Assembly: GCA_963666975.2 (NCBI GenBank)
Contig: CAXVYR010000003.1
Location: 320,001-384,000 of the forward strand
Source of the DNA: Terriglobia bacterium
GTDB lineage: Bacteria; Acidobacteriota; Terriglobia; 2-12-FULL-54-10
DNA: 64,000 nucleotides
Reading direction: 5' to 3'
Both the position numbers and the translations under genes were made by a program. The notes below the pieces were generated by a model. It worked only from the letters and a program-made list of their open reading frames with translations. It did no database searches and had not been told where the DNA came from. Positions 28,992 through 38,644 of this stretch are shown in pieces. How positions within the stretch are numbered: position 1 is the stretch's first letter; each line of letters opens with the position of its first letter.

Positions 28992-31196
28992 TCATGAGTC
29001 CGCTACAGTGGCGATCGGTTTCAGCCGATGGAGAAGCCCGGAGTACCGACGCTCGGTCCTGTTATTCTTAACCGCCATCCTGAATGCCTTCCTTTGTCCC
29101 ACGGTAACGACCAACTTCTTGCCCCGGGTTATCCCTGTGTAGATCATGTTGCGTTGAAGCAACATGTACTGCTCCATGGCCAGAGGGATTACAACGGCGG
29201 GAAATTCCGATCCCTGCGATTTGTGGATCGTGATGGCGTAAGCCGGAGAGATCTCATCCAGTTCTCCATAGTCATAGACGACAGCACGGTTGTCGAATCG
29301 AACGACAACTTCGCGCTCGATCAGATCGATGGTGTGGATCTGGCCGATGTCGCCGTTGAAAACCTCTTTCTCGTAATCGTTTTCGGTCTGGATGACCTTG
29401 TCCTGGGCCCGAAATATCCAACCAAACTTCTCTATCTCGGTTTTCTCCGCGCTCGGAGGATTGAGGGCTGCCTGCAAGCGTCCATTCAACTCCCGAATGC
29501 CGAGCAGACCACGATTCATAGGGCAAAGCACCTGGATATCCCGGATCGGGTCGAACTTGAACTTTTCTGGAATACGAGTTTGGACGAGTTCCAGCAACGT
29601 TTTGGAAGTCTGCTCCGAATCTGCCCGTTCGATGAAGTAAAAGTCGGAGTTCGAATCTGCCTTTTCGGCCGGCATCACTCCGTTTTTGATGCTGTGCGCC
29701 GATATTACGATCTGGCTGTTCTGGGCCTGTCGAAAGACTTCGGTCAGTGTCACCACGGGAATTATGCCACTTTGAATGATGTGGCTCAGGACCATGCCGG
29801 GTCCGACGGACGGCAGTTGGTCCACATCTCCCACAAGTATTAACCCCGCGTCCCTTGGGAGCGCCCGCAGAAGGTCACTCATCAGCAGAACGTCCAACAT
29901 GGAAGATTCGTCGACCACCAGCAGATTGCATTCGAGGGGATTCTTTTCATTTCGAGCGAATCGTGAGGATCTCGGTTGGACTTCGAGCAATCGATGAATC
30001 GTCTTTGCTTCTAGCCCCGTCGTCTCCGTAAGCCTTTTTGCTGCTCTGCCCGTCGGGGCGCAAAGCAGGCATTTCACTTTCTTGGCCCGGAGGATCATCA
30101 GGATGGAATTGATCAGGGTTGTCTTCCCGACCCCCGGTCCTCCTGTGATTACCACGGCCCGATGGCTGAGCACTTGGCGCAGAGCCGTGACCTGGCTCTC
30201 GGCCAGGGTCTTCCCAGTCTTTGCCTGACACCAGGAGACCGCACTCTCAAAGTCAACTTTGGGATAGGTCACTGGGTTTTCCGCCAGGCGCCTGATCGTT
30301 ACAGCAATTTCCTCTTCTGCCCTCAATAGATAAGGCAAAAAGATCAGGTCCTTGTCATTGATTTGTTCAAGGATCAGCTCGCCCTTGGTCACCATCCATC
30401 CGAGCGCCTGTTCGACAATACCTTTATCCACGCCCAACATCTCAACTGCCTTGGATTGCAGTACTTTCAGCGGGAGTGCGCAGTGGCCCTCGTTGGTTGC
30501 TTCCCACAACACATGGCTCAGCCCGGCGCGCGCACGGATGGGAGAATCCTTGGAAATGCCCACGTTCTGAGCAATCTGGTCTGCGGACTTGAAGCCAATG
30601 CCAAGGATATCCTTGGCGAGCGTGTAGGGGTTGCTACGAACCTGCTCGATAGCGTCGGCTCCGTAGGTCTTATAAATCCGGACTGCGCGGCTGGTGCTCA
30701 CCCCGTGCGAATGCAAGAACAACATGATTCCGCGAATGACCTTCTGCTCCGCCCAGGCGTTGGTGATTTTTACCCGTCGTCCCGGACCAATTCCCTTAAC
30801 CCTTTCCAAGTTTTTCGGGCGATTTTCAATCACATCAAAGATGTCTTCCCCGAATGCCTTTACCAGCTTTTTCGCATACACCGGCCCGATCCCTTTGACC
30901 ATTCCACCGCCGAGGTATTTCTCGATTCCCTCTCGCGTGGTCGGAGGAATGCACTTGAGTTGGGTCGCTTTGAGTTGTCGCCCGTGCTCTTTATCGATGA
31001 CCCAATTTCCTTCAGCGGTGACCCATTCGCCAGGGGTAACAGCGGGCACTGAGCCGACCACGGTCACCAGATCGCGGTGGTCCTTGGCTTTGACCCGAAG
31101 CACGCAGAAGCCGGTCTCTTCACTGAAAAAAGTGACGCGTTCGACGAGGCCCATGATTTGGTCGGAGCTCGACTGAGCTGGTTGATGGGTTGTCAT
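28992..31196 (-). CDS. recD2: ATP-dependent RecD-like DNA helicase (RecD2)
   Basis: VKGIGP HhH, ITGGPGVGKTT, APTGRAAKR, VVDESSM, GDVDQLPSV, YAITIHKSQGSEF, YTGITR. Confidence 0.95.
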   Translation of the reverse strand: MTTHQPAQSSSDQIMGLVERVTFFSEETGFCVLRVKAKDHRDLVTVVGSVPAVTPGEWVTAEGNWVIDKEHGRQLKATQLKCIPPTTREGIEKYLGGGMVKGIGPVYAKKLVKAFGEDIFDVIENRPKNLERVKGIGPGRRVKITNAWAEQKVIRGIMLFLHSHGVSTSRAVRIYKTYGADAIEQVRSNPYTLAKDILGIGFKSADQIAQNVGISKDSPIRARAGLSHVLWEATNEGHCALPLKVLQSKAVEMLGVDKGIVEQALGWMVTKGELILEQINDKDLIFLPYLLRAEEEIAVTIRRLAENPVTYPKVDFESAVSWCQAKTGKTLAESQVTALRQVLSHRAVVITGGPGVGKTTLINSILMILRAKKVKCLLCAPTGRAAKRLTETTGLEAKTIHRLLEVQPRSSRFARNEKNPLECNLLVVDESSMLDVLLMSDLLRALPRDAGLILVGDVDQLPSVGPGMVLSHIIQSGIIPVVTLTEVFRQAQNSQIVISAHSIKNGVMPAEKADSNSDFYFIERADSEQTSKTLLELVQTRIPEKFKFDPIRDIQVLCPMNRGLLGIRELNGRLQAALNPPSAEKTEIEKFGWIFRAQDKVIQTENDYEKEVFNGDIGQIHTIDLIEREVVVRFDNRAVVYDYGELDEISPAYAITIHKSQGSEFPAVVIPLAMEQYMLLQRNMIYTGITRGKKLVVTVGQRKAFRMAVKNNRTERRYSGLLHRLKPIATVADS

Positions 31197-31468
31197 AGCA
31201 GAGCCGCAAATTATTATGAGGCCTCTTGGCCCGGGATGGACACCCGGCGAGGCGGGGAAGACCCCGCGCCGCTTTCTCTCAGACGGTTCCGCGGACCACA
31301 CCCTGAATGGAGGCAATAATCTTGTCGTCGGGGGGAAGCGGGTGAGGAACAGAGAAAGGGGAATTATTGCCGTGCTATTCTTTGAGTCGGGGGACGTCCT
31401 TGGGGTCCTGGGAATCCGCCTCTCCGCTGAGCTCCGCCGCGTTCGTTACGGCAGGCGCCGTGCTGTGT

Positions 31469-32239
31469 ATGAAGATTGCGACCTATAACGTCAACTCCAT
31501 TCGCAAACGCATGCCCATTGTCTTGGAATGGCTCAAGCTGCATGAACCCGATGTGCTGTGCCTACAGGAAACCAAGGTCCAGGATCAGGATTTCCCCTTT
31601 GCAGCGCTCAAGGATGCTGGGTATCACGTATCCTATTGGGGGATGAAGAGCTACAACGGCGTCGCGACCCTGAGCCTGCGGGAACCGGACAGGGTGATCT
31701 ATGGACTCGATGACCGCCCCGATAGCGAGGACGCCAGGATCTTGCAGACCGTCATTAACGGAATCCCTATCGTAAACTCTTATGTTCCGCAAGGCTCCAG
31801 CGTCGGCTCCGACAAGTATGCATTCAAGCTGGAGTGGTTCAGACTTTTCCGTCAGTATTTAGAAACGTATCTCCATCCCGACAGCCCGGCAATATGGGTC
31901 GGGGACCTCAATGTTGCCCCAGAAGCCATTGATGTCCATGATCCGGACAGCCGAGTCAGCGACCCAGACTTCCACATCGATGCACGCAACGCCTATAAAA
32001 ACGTTGTGTCCTGGGGATGGGGCGACGTTTTTCGACAACTGCACCCCGAACGAATCCAATACACCTACTGGGACTACTTCAGAAACGCGTTCACGAACAA
32101 CCGGGGCTGGCGGATCGACCACATCCTAGCGACAAAACCACTCGCGGCAACCTGCACAGCAGCAGACGTAGACCTCGCACCACGAAAGCGCCCGGAACCA
32201 TCCGACCACACCGTCGTTTGGGCAGAATTTACCCCCTGA
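31469..32239 (+). CDS. xth: Exodeoxyribonuclease III
   Basis: MKIATYNVNS, LQETK, YNGVA, GDLNVA, YTYWDY, GWRIDHIL, SDH. Confidence 0.95.
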   Translation: MKIATYNVNSIRKRMPIVLEWLKLHEPDVLCLQETKVQDQDFPFAALKDAGYHVSYWGMKSYNGVATLSLREPDRVIYGLDDRPDSEDARILQTVINGIPIVNSYVPQGSSVGSDKYAFKLEWFRLFRQYLETYLHPDSPAIWVGDLNVAPEAIDVHDPDSRVSDPDFHIDARNAYKNVVSWGWGDVFRQLHPERIQYTYWDYFRNAFTNNRGWRIDHILATKPLAATCTAADVDLAPRKRPEPSDHTVVWAEFTP

Positions 32240-32279
32240 AATCTACCTAAGATCCGCAGTCGCGCAATAGATGAACTGT

Positions 32280-32828
32280 ATGACGCTCACCGCAACCATT
32301 TACAACTTCGACATCGAACTCGCAGACACCGACCGCCACGTCTACGAGTCGCTCGCGCTGCGGGTCGCGCGTCATCCCTCCGAAACCGAAGAGTATCTGG
32401 TGGCGCGCCTGCTCGCGTACCTACTGGAGTTCGCGGAGGGCATCGAGTTTTCGCATGGCCTGTCGGACCCTGAAGAGCCGACGATCGCGGTCCGAGATCT
32501 GACCGGAGGGATCAAGGCGTGGATTGACATCGGCACGCCTGATGCGGCGAGGCTGCACAAAGCGTCGAAAGCCGCAGACCGCGTCGCCGTATACACGCAC
32601 AAGGACCCGACGCAGTTCCTAAAACAGCTCGCCGGTGAAAGAATTCACCGCGCCGAGGCGCTGGAGCTGTACGCGATCGATCGTGCGATGGTCAGTGCGC
32701 TCGTCGCGCGCCTGGAGCGGCGCGTCGCCTTCAGCCTGACAGTCACCGACCACGAGCTGTACTTGTCGATCGGCACCGACAACATTACGGGCGCCGTCGT
32801 GCGGCTAAATGGTGTCCCGAAAAGGTGA
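32280..32828 (+). CDS. yaeQ: YaeQ family protein
   Basis: MTLTATIY...ARHPSET..YL..RLLAY, FSHGLSDPEEP, WIDIGTPD. Confidence 0.9.
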   Translation: MTLTATIYNFDIELADTDRHVYESLALRVARHPSETEEYLVARLLAYLLEFAEGIEFSHGLSDPEEPTIAVRDLTGGIKAWIDIGTPDAARLHKASKAADRVAVYTHKDPTQFLKQLAGERIHRAEALELYAIDRAMVSALVARLERRVAFSLTVTDHELYLSIGTDNITGAVVRLNGVPKR

Positions 32829-32970
32829 GGCGCTGTGGTCCTAAAGGGCTTCTTCCTTGACTCCGTTGTGACTCCATTCGCGTGGTTTGATGGAGAAAAC
32901 TTGTGAACTTGGCGGGCTTTGGTGAACGCTATTGTGTGCTATGTCGTTGAGGAAATGAAGTGGGAGCGTT

Positions 32971-33015
32971 TTCCCAAGCTGGACGTCGTGGGTTCGAGTC
33001 CCATCTCCCGCTCCA
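32971..33015 (+). other. 3' half of tRNA-Gly(CCC): integration att core
   Basis: ttCCCaagctggacgtcgtggGTTCGAGTcccatctcccgctCCA; no D-arm or 5' acceptor strand upstream. Confidence 0.88.
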
Positions 33016-33152
33016 ACTTTCATACACTTACGGCCCACCCCCAGGGTCGTGACTCCAAAAGACTCCATTCGACAGCTTTTCGGTGACATTCCTTCCGCCA
33101 CATTCTGGGGAATAACCCTCTTCGGGAAATCTTCCTCGCTGGAACAAATTAC

Positions 33153-33223
33153 CAGATAGGTAAATCCTTCGCCGTTTATCGCGATCTATCCCGGCGAGTG
33201 CCGTTCGCCCCTAACTTCCCAGA
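33153..33223 (+). repeat. Repeat-family core site (ggtaaatcctt CGCCGT ttatcgcgatc) plus flank
   Basis: Aligns with 24645-24695; its distal cgttcgcccctaacttcccagaa is inverted at 360-382. Confidence 0.75.
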
Positions 33224-33567
33224 ACTAGACTTATGGGAAGTAATCCGGGACTTGCCTTCCTCGCCCGCACTCGGAGCCCGGCTACAGGCTCAGCAAACCC
33301 CTACTAACAATTGCTTTACTGTCCCACCTCGTGTAATCTCTCGCTGATATTTCCATCCGAGCGGGGGCAAAAATGCGGCAGTTTCCCAGGGTAAAAAGCT
33401 TCCTTTGGACCGCCATACCACACCAAATTAGCCCGGGCGATTTGCGCTTGACCCGGCAGGGCAGGCGGCATAGGTTTTCGGGTGAGCGGAAGCTCAAAAG
33501 GATATTCCGCATATACTAGGTAATCTGTCCAACATCCAAAACAACAAAATGAACTGCGGAGGAGATC

Positions 33568-36500
33568 ATGGCCAAAAGATGGAGTTGCCGGGCGGGTTGG
33601 GCAATGGGGCTTTTGCTCTGTCTAAGCCTGCAAACTTCGGCGCAGGACAACGACGCTCGCCTCGCCGGGACCGTCCGGTCGCAATCGGGAGCGCGGCTGG
33701 GGCTAGTGAGTGTTCTCGTCGATGATCCCGCCTCGGGCGTCCGCCGGACTCTCCAGACCGATTCGGAAGGCCATTACCATGCACCGGGTCTCCCACCCGG
33801 CAACTATCGAGTGACGGTTTCGCTTTCCGGTTTCTTCACACAAGTCCGGGAAGGGGTGGAACTGGCGACGGGCCAGGTGGCAGAGGCGAACTTTCTGCTG
33901 GAGCCAACCGGAGAGGCCTCCGCGCCGGAGGCGCCGACAGCGGGGAGTGCGCCGGCCGGGGTGATAGATGAATCGCAACTGGTGGGGCTGCCGATGAACG
34001 GGCGTAGCTATACGCAACTGGCGACGCTGGTAGCGGGGGTGAGCGACCCGACGGGCGGAGGCAGGCAGGGGGGCACGGGCAGCAGCATTACGGTCTCCGG
34101 CGGGCGCGGGGAGTGGAATAGTTTTTTGATGGACGGGACGGACATCAACGGCACGGACAATCGAGTGCCGCGCAGTGCCGCTGGAGGGCAGTTGGGAGCC
34201 GACGCCGTGCTGCAGGTGCAGATATTCTCCGCCAACTACGGGGCACAGTACGGGCGTGCTGCCGGTGGGGTGATGAATGCAATTACCCGCTCGGGGAGCA
34301 ACGAATGGCATGGGGGCTTGTTCGAATTTTTCCGCAACAGCAAGCTGGACGCGCGCAATTTTTTTGATCCGTCAGAGCCCCCGCCGTTCAAGCGAAACCA
34401 GTTCGGAGCGACCGTTACGGGACCCATTGTCCAGGACAAAACCTTTTTTATGGCGAGCTTCGAAACCCTGCTCAACCGGTTGACGGAAACTATTGTGCTC
34501 TTCGTCCCCGACAACGAGGCACGTCTCAGGGCCGTGCCCAGCGTGGCGCCCTATGCGAACCTCTATCTGCCCGCGCAGTTCCCGGTTCTGAGAGAGGGGA
34601 AACCCACCGGTGTGGCGGAGAACCGTTCGCCGGCGACCCAGCCAACAGATGAGTACTTTTTCGTGGCCCGGGTAGACCGGCAACTCGGGGACCGAGATGC
34701 CTTGTTCGCCCGCTATACCTTTGATGATGCCACTCAAACCAGCGTTGGTACTTCACCTATGTTTCCCACGGTGACCGAGAGCCGACAGCAATATGTGACC
34801 CTGACGGAGACGCATTTCTTTTCTCCGGCCCTGATCAGCACCGCGCGGCTCAGTTACACCCGGCCCGTGACGCAGTTTCGCATGGAACCCGCTGTTGAGA
34901 TACCCCGCTCGCTGTTTTACGTGCCCAGCTCTCCGCAAATTGGCAATCTTCTGGTCCCCGGATTGACGATTTTGGGTCCGAATCCCCAAGCTCCCTGGGC
35001 CCGGGTCTTGAATTCCTATCAGGTTGGCGAGGATGTTATTTACAGCCACGGGGCCCATACCTGGAAGGCCGGGATGTTGATGGAACGCTTTCAGTGGAAC
35101 GTGTTCGACAGTATGTCCAAGGGAGCGCGCTGGGCCTTTAGCAGCCTGGATGACTTCCTGCAAGGGGGTCCTGAGGGCACCGCCTTGCTCGTGGCCCTTC
35201 CTGGGTCGGACTCCTACCGGCATTTCCGGCAGACACTGCTCGGTTTTTATTTGCAGGACGACTACAAGGTCCTTCCGGAGCTGACCTTGAATCTGGGCCT
35301 GCGGTATGAATTCACTACGATGATTCATGATAGGCAGGGGCGAACCGTGCACCTGGTAGATGAGTTGCGGGATTCGGAGCCGCAGGTAGGCCCGCCGATG
35401 AAGCGCAACCCCTCCCTGCTTAATTTCGCACCCCGCATCGGTCTGAGTTGGTCTCCGGGGAACGATCCCAGCATGGTGATCCGGGCCGGGGTCGGCATTT
35501 TCCACAATCAGATCATTGAATACTCGGTGGACGGACTTCGGAACACGGCTCCCTTCTATAATGTGGTGGTCCTTCCCAATACGGACACCTCCGGGAGAAT
35601 TCCAAATTCCCCGGCATTTCCGGATGCCGTGGCCGTTGCCGGGGACGCAAAGGCTTCGCAGCTCCGCATCTTTGAATACAACGACCCCAAAACGCCCACC
35701 GTCTATCGGTACAGCTTGTCCCTGGAAAAGGAACTATTTCCTGGTTTGCGGGTGGGGGCCACTTATGTCGGGGCTCGGGGCAACCACTTGCTGCGGACGA
35801 TTGAAACCAACCAGTTCCCCTTCCCTGAGCGCCAGCCGGATGGGAGGCTGTTTTTCCCGAAGGACCCGGACCCGGACCCGAGGCTGGGACCGGACAATTC
35901 GATGAACCCGGCTTTTGGCAGCATCCAGAAAGTTCTGACCGATGCGCAATCTTTCTACAATTCCTTTGTGGTCTCCGTAAACCGTCGTCCCTGGAGGGGC
36001 CTGACCTTGGGTGCGAACTACACTTACTCCAAGAGCGTGGACGATGCCTCTTCGGTCGGCGGCGGCCTCGGTGGAGCACCGCAGCAGTACGGCCTGGACC
36101 GGAAGTTGGACCGAGCCCTTTCCTCTTTTGATATTCGCCACCGTTTCTCTCTGCGGTACTTCTACAGCCTCCCGTTCGGTTCCGGCCGGCGATGGTTGGA
36201 CTCGGGCTGGCTGGCGCACCTTCTCGGGGGCTGGCGGGTGGGAGGCATTCTGAGGACGCGCACCGGCCAGACGGCCGATGTGCGGTACAGCATCCCCGCA
36301 GAGGGCTTTCTGTTTGTCTCGCAGCGGCCGGATCTGAAACCGGGGCACAGCAACAACCCTACCAAGGGCGTAACTGCCGGTTGCGAGGGGGTCGAGGCTG
36401 GCCAAGAGCTGGGAGGGCCGGACCTATATTTTGACCCTTGCGTCTTCGAGCCTCCCGAACCGGGATTCATCGGGAACGCCGGCCGCCTCATCCTGATCGG

Positions 36501-36744
36501 ACCTCGCGTGGTGAACATGGACCTTTCCCTGCAAAAGGAATTTGCGATTGATTCCCAGCGCAGGCTTCAATTCCGGGCGGAGTTCTTCAATCTTCCCAAC
36601 CACACAAACTTCCGGCCACCGCAGAGGGGAAGCGCGAGCGTCTTCCGCGGTGCGGGTGGGATAGTCAACCCCAGTGCCGGTAGATTGAGGTCCACAGCCA
36701 CTACCCCCCGGCAGATACAGTTCGCCCTACGGCTCTCCTTCTGA
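33568..36744 (+). CDS. TonB-dependent receptor, Oar-like, with N-terminal carboxypeptidase regulatory-like domain
   Basis: Signal peptide, LPMNGRSY, RSGSNEWHG..FEFFRNSKLDARNFF, RNQFG, QFRAEFFN..NHTNF, C-terminal RQIQFALRLSF. Confidence 0.93.
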   Translation: MAKRWSCRAGWAMGLLLCLSLQTSAQDNDARLAGTVRSQSGARLGLVSVLVDDPASGVRRTLQTDSEGHYHAPGLPPGNYRVTVSLSGFFTQVREGVELATGQVAEANFLLEPTGEASAPEAPTAGSAPAGVIDESQLVGLPMNGRSYTQLATLVAGVSDPTGGGRQGGTGSSITVSGGRGEWNSFLMDGTDINGTDNRVPRSAAGGQLGADAVLQVQIFSANYGAQYGRAAGGVMNAITRSGSNEWHGGLFEFFRNSKLDARNFFDPSEPPPFKRNQFGATVTGPIVQDKTFFMASFETLLNRLTETIVLFVPDNEARLRAVPSVAPYANLYLPAQFPVLREGKPTGVAENRSPATQPTDEYFFVARVDRQLGDRDALFARYTFDDATQTSVGTSPMFPTVTESRQQYVTLTETHFFSPALISTARLSYTRPVTQFRMEPAVEIPRSLFYVPSSPQIGNLLVPGLTILGPNPQAPWARVLNSYQVGEDVIYSHGAHTWKAGMLMERFQWNVFDSMSKGARWAFSSLDDFLQGGPEGTALLVALPGSDSYRHFRQTLLGFYLQDDYKVLPELTLNLGLRYEFTTMIHDRQGRTVHLVDELRDSEPQVGPPMKRNPSLLNFAPRIGLSWSPGNDPSMVIRAGVGIFHNQIIEYSVDGLRNTAPFYNVVVLPNTDTSGRIPNSPAFPDAVAVAGDAKASQLRIFEYNDPKTPTVYRYSLSLEKELFPGLRVGATYVGARGNHLLRTIETNQFPFPERQPDGRLFFPKDPDPDPRLGPDNSMNPAFGSIQKVLTDAQSFYNSFVVSVNRRPWRGLTLGANYTYSKSVDDASSVGGGLGGAPQQYGLDRKLDRALSSFDIRHRFSLRYFYSLPFGSGRRWLDSGWLAHLLGGWRVGGILRTRTGQTADVRYSIPAEGFLFVSQRPDLKPGHSNNPTKGVTAGCEGVEAGQELGGPDLYFDPCVFEPPEPGFIGNAGRLILIGPRVVNMDLSLQKEFAIDSQRRLQFRAEFFNLPNHTNFRPPQRGSASVFRGAGGIVNPSAGRLRSTATTPRQIQFALRLSF

Positions 36745-36808
36745 GCCTTCGACGGAGTGTGTGCGAAATACCCACCGGCTCAATTCTAGGATGGTCTCTC
36801 ACACGGAA

Positions 36809-37047
36809 GTTGGACATAAACGGCGTTGTGAGAAATAACCCCTGATTAGTAGTTAGCGTTGATTGGGAGCGCCTCGGTGCGGAGAGCTGCGGAACGGGGG
36901 AGACGATTGGCCGAGGCGTTTTCGATAACGGGACGATAAGTCAATTGGGTTTCGGCGAGGGAAAGGCTGCTGCAAGCACTTGGTTTGAATGGAGTTTGGC
37001 CGCGTTTCCCCGGATAGGTCCTGCCTTGTCGCCTAGTGTTTACTAAT
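36809..37047 (+). repeat. Dispersed non-coding repeat starting with dif-like site gttggacataa ACGGCG ttgtgagaaat
   Basis: Inverted homolog of 12520-12723; direct homolog of 28355-28468. Confidence 0.85.
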
Positions 37048-37284
37048 CTTCAGCCAGTGGTCGATCAACGTCCATTCAAGAAGATTGGACGAATCGCTTC
37101 CGATGTAAACTGACCAACCACCGACTTTCTGGCCGTTTGACATACCTGGTCACTCCCGCCATTTCCGCTCGGCATCCTTGCCTCGGAGGATGAACCGTGG
37201 TCTAATCGGCGGCATTGTGATCGGCCGACCAGGACCGGTTGAATGTAGGTCAGCTTAAACGATAGTTAGGCCGCAGGAGGATAA

Positions 37285-37938
37285 ATGAAGCCGCGAATAT
37301 TGTGGATCGCGCTGCTCGTGGTCGGAAGTCTCACACTTGGCTGCCAGATCGAGGGACCCGTGGGTTGTATCCCAGTCAGCGAGCGGGCCGGACGACAGTT
37401 CGGCTGCTTTGTCATTGCGAATCAAGTCGTGGGCCAACTGGGTCAAGCGCCAGTCTACTGGCATCTGAACCGCTATCCGACGCGTGCCGCCGCGGAGGCA
37501 GCTCAGCGGCCTGGCGGTACAGTGGTGGAGTCTCTCGGAAGCGTGTGGCTGTTCGCCATCGCAGATCCCGGGTGGCGGCCACCCAGCGGCGAGCATGTCA
37601 TAGAGATTGGTCCTCTGCCAGTCGCTACGGGTGTAGGGTACACGGCGCAGTACATGGAAGCGATCTTTCGACCGGAGATGAAGTCGTCTGTGCATCGGCA
37701 CCCTGGACCGGAGGCTTGGTACACACTGACCGGTGAAATCTGCCTGGAAACCCCTGAGGGAACCAACGTGGGACGCACCGGTGGCCAGCACGTCATTGTA
37801 CCAGGCGAGACGCCCATGGAACTTACCGCCACTGGCACCGAGGTGCGACGTTCACTCGTGCTGATCCTTCACGATTCTTTGCAGCCCCCGGGCAGTCCGG
37901 CACACGATTGGACGCCGAAGGGTCTGTGCAAAACGTGA
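37285..37938 (+). CDS. Cupin-domain exported protein (probable integron gene cassette ORF)
   Basis: aggagg RBS, hydrophobic N-terminus with LGC, VHRHPGPEAWY.L.GE cupin motif. Confidence 0.8.
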   Translation: MKPRILWIALLVVGSLTLGCQIEGPVGCIPVSERAGRQFGCFVIANQVVGQLGQAPVYWHLNRYPTRAAAEAAQRPGGTVVESLGSVWLFAIADPGWRPPSGEHVIEIGPLPVATGVGYTAQYMEAIFRPEMKSSVHRHPGPEAWYTLTGEICLETPEGTNVGRTGGQHVIVPGETPMELTATGTEVRRSLVLILHDSLQPPGSPAHDWTPKGLCKT

Positions 37939-37999
37939 GCATCTCGCTTGAAATGCACAGCTTTCATGAGGACAACGAATCCGCTCAGCGGGGCGTGCT

Positions 38000-38069
38000 G
38001 GCTAACCATCGAATGGAACCGACGCGCGCCCAACTGTGAACGCGCGCGGCTCATTCGTAATCGTTAGAT
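38000..38069 (+). other. Integron attC site
   Basis: GGCTAAC-catCGAATGgaaCCGaCGCGCG...CGCGCGCGGctCATTCGtaatc-GTTAGAT: imperfect 70-bp palindrome with AAC/GTT triads. Confidence 0.75.
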
Positions 38070-38149
38070 GGCGGGTTGGATTCGGAGGACCTCGTGGGCT
38101 TTCTTCAGCAAGTTCTTCAGCAGCAAGCCAACCTGCTTCCATCGTGGAA

Positions 38150-38226
38150 GGGCAAGACCGCGAGATGCAGAACCAGTGCGCGGAAATCAAACTGAGGGCT
38201 GAGCGAAGGGCTGGGGAGTTGCTTAG
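38150..38226 (+). pseudogene. Short phage-like protein fragment
   Basis: MQNQCAEIKLRAERRAGELL resembles a motif I recall from phage/MGE proteins; no full gene present. Confidence 0.35.
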
Positions 38227-38319
38227 CCAGTTCCACTTCCGCCTCCCGTAGATGTCGGATGATCTGTTCGGCTGCGTATCTCTTCTTCGGCATTCCTCCC
38301 CCCTTTCCATGTCCAGTCC

Positions 38320-38371
38320 AAACCCTAAACTCTAACTTATCAACTGGACCGATTTATGGGGGGGCAGGTCA
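38320..38371 (+). mobile_element. Isolated IS3-family right end (remnant)
   Basis: ctctaacttatcaactggaccgatttatgggggggcaggtCA resembles the complement of the IS3 end at 53200-53235. Confidence 0.5.
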
Positions 38372-38644
38372 ATCAGAACTGCGGCGGATGACCTCGGAAG
38401 GGTGACAATCTCTCAGCCGAGAGATCCCTCTGTTGGAGGCAAACGGATGTATACTTGCACCCGTCGGAGGCCGAAAACCCAAGTCCGGCTGACGAGCTTT
38501 TCTGCGCTCCCTACACTCAGCCCGATGCCTCGTCGGCCCTATATCTGCAGCGGAAAAGAAGCCACGATGCGCCCACTCGCAACTCTGTCCTCGGGAAGCT
38601 GTAGTGATGGCGTTCCGATTCCCACACACCGCTCCATTGCGGTC

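Noticed and set aside
32940-33015. Complete tRNA-Gly gene
   Set aside because: No D-arm or 5' acceptor strand; only the 3' half is present.
38059-38072. Match aatcgttagatggc to the sequence near 52334 as an island boundary
   Set aside because: Only 14 bp, and it is explained here as the attC core; likely coincidental.
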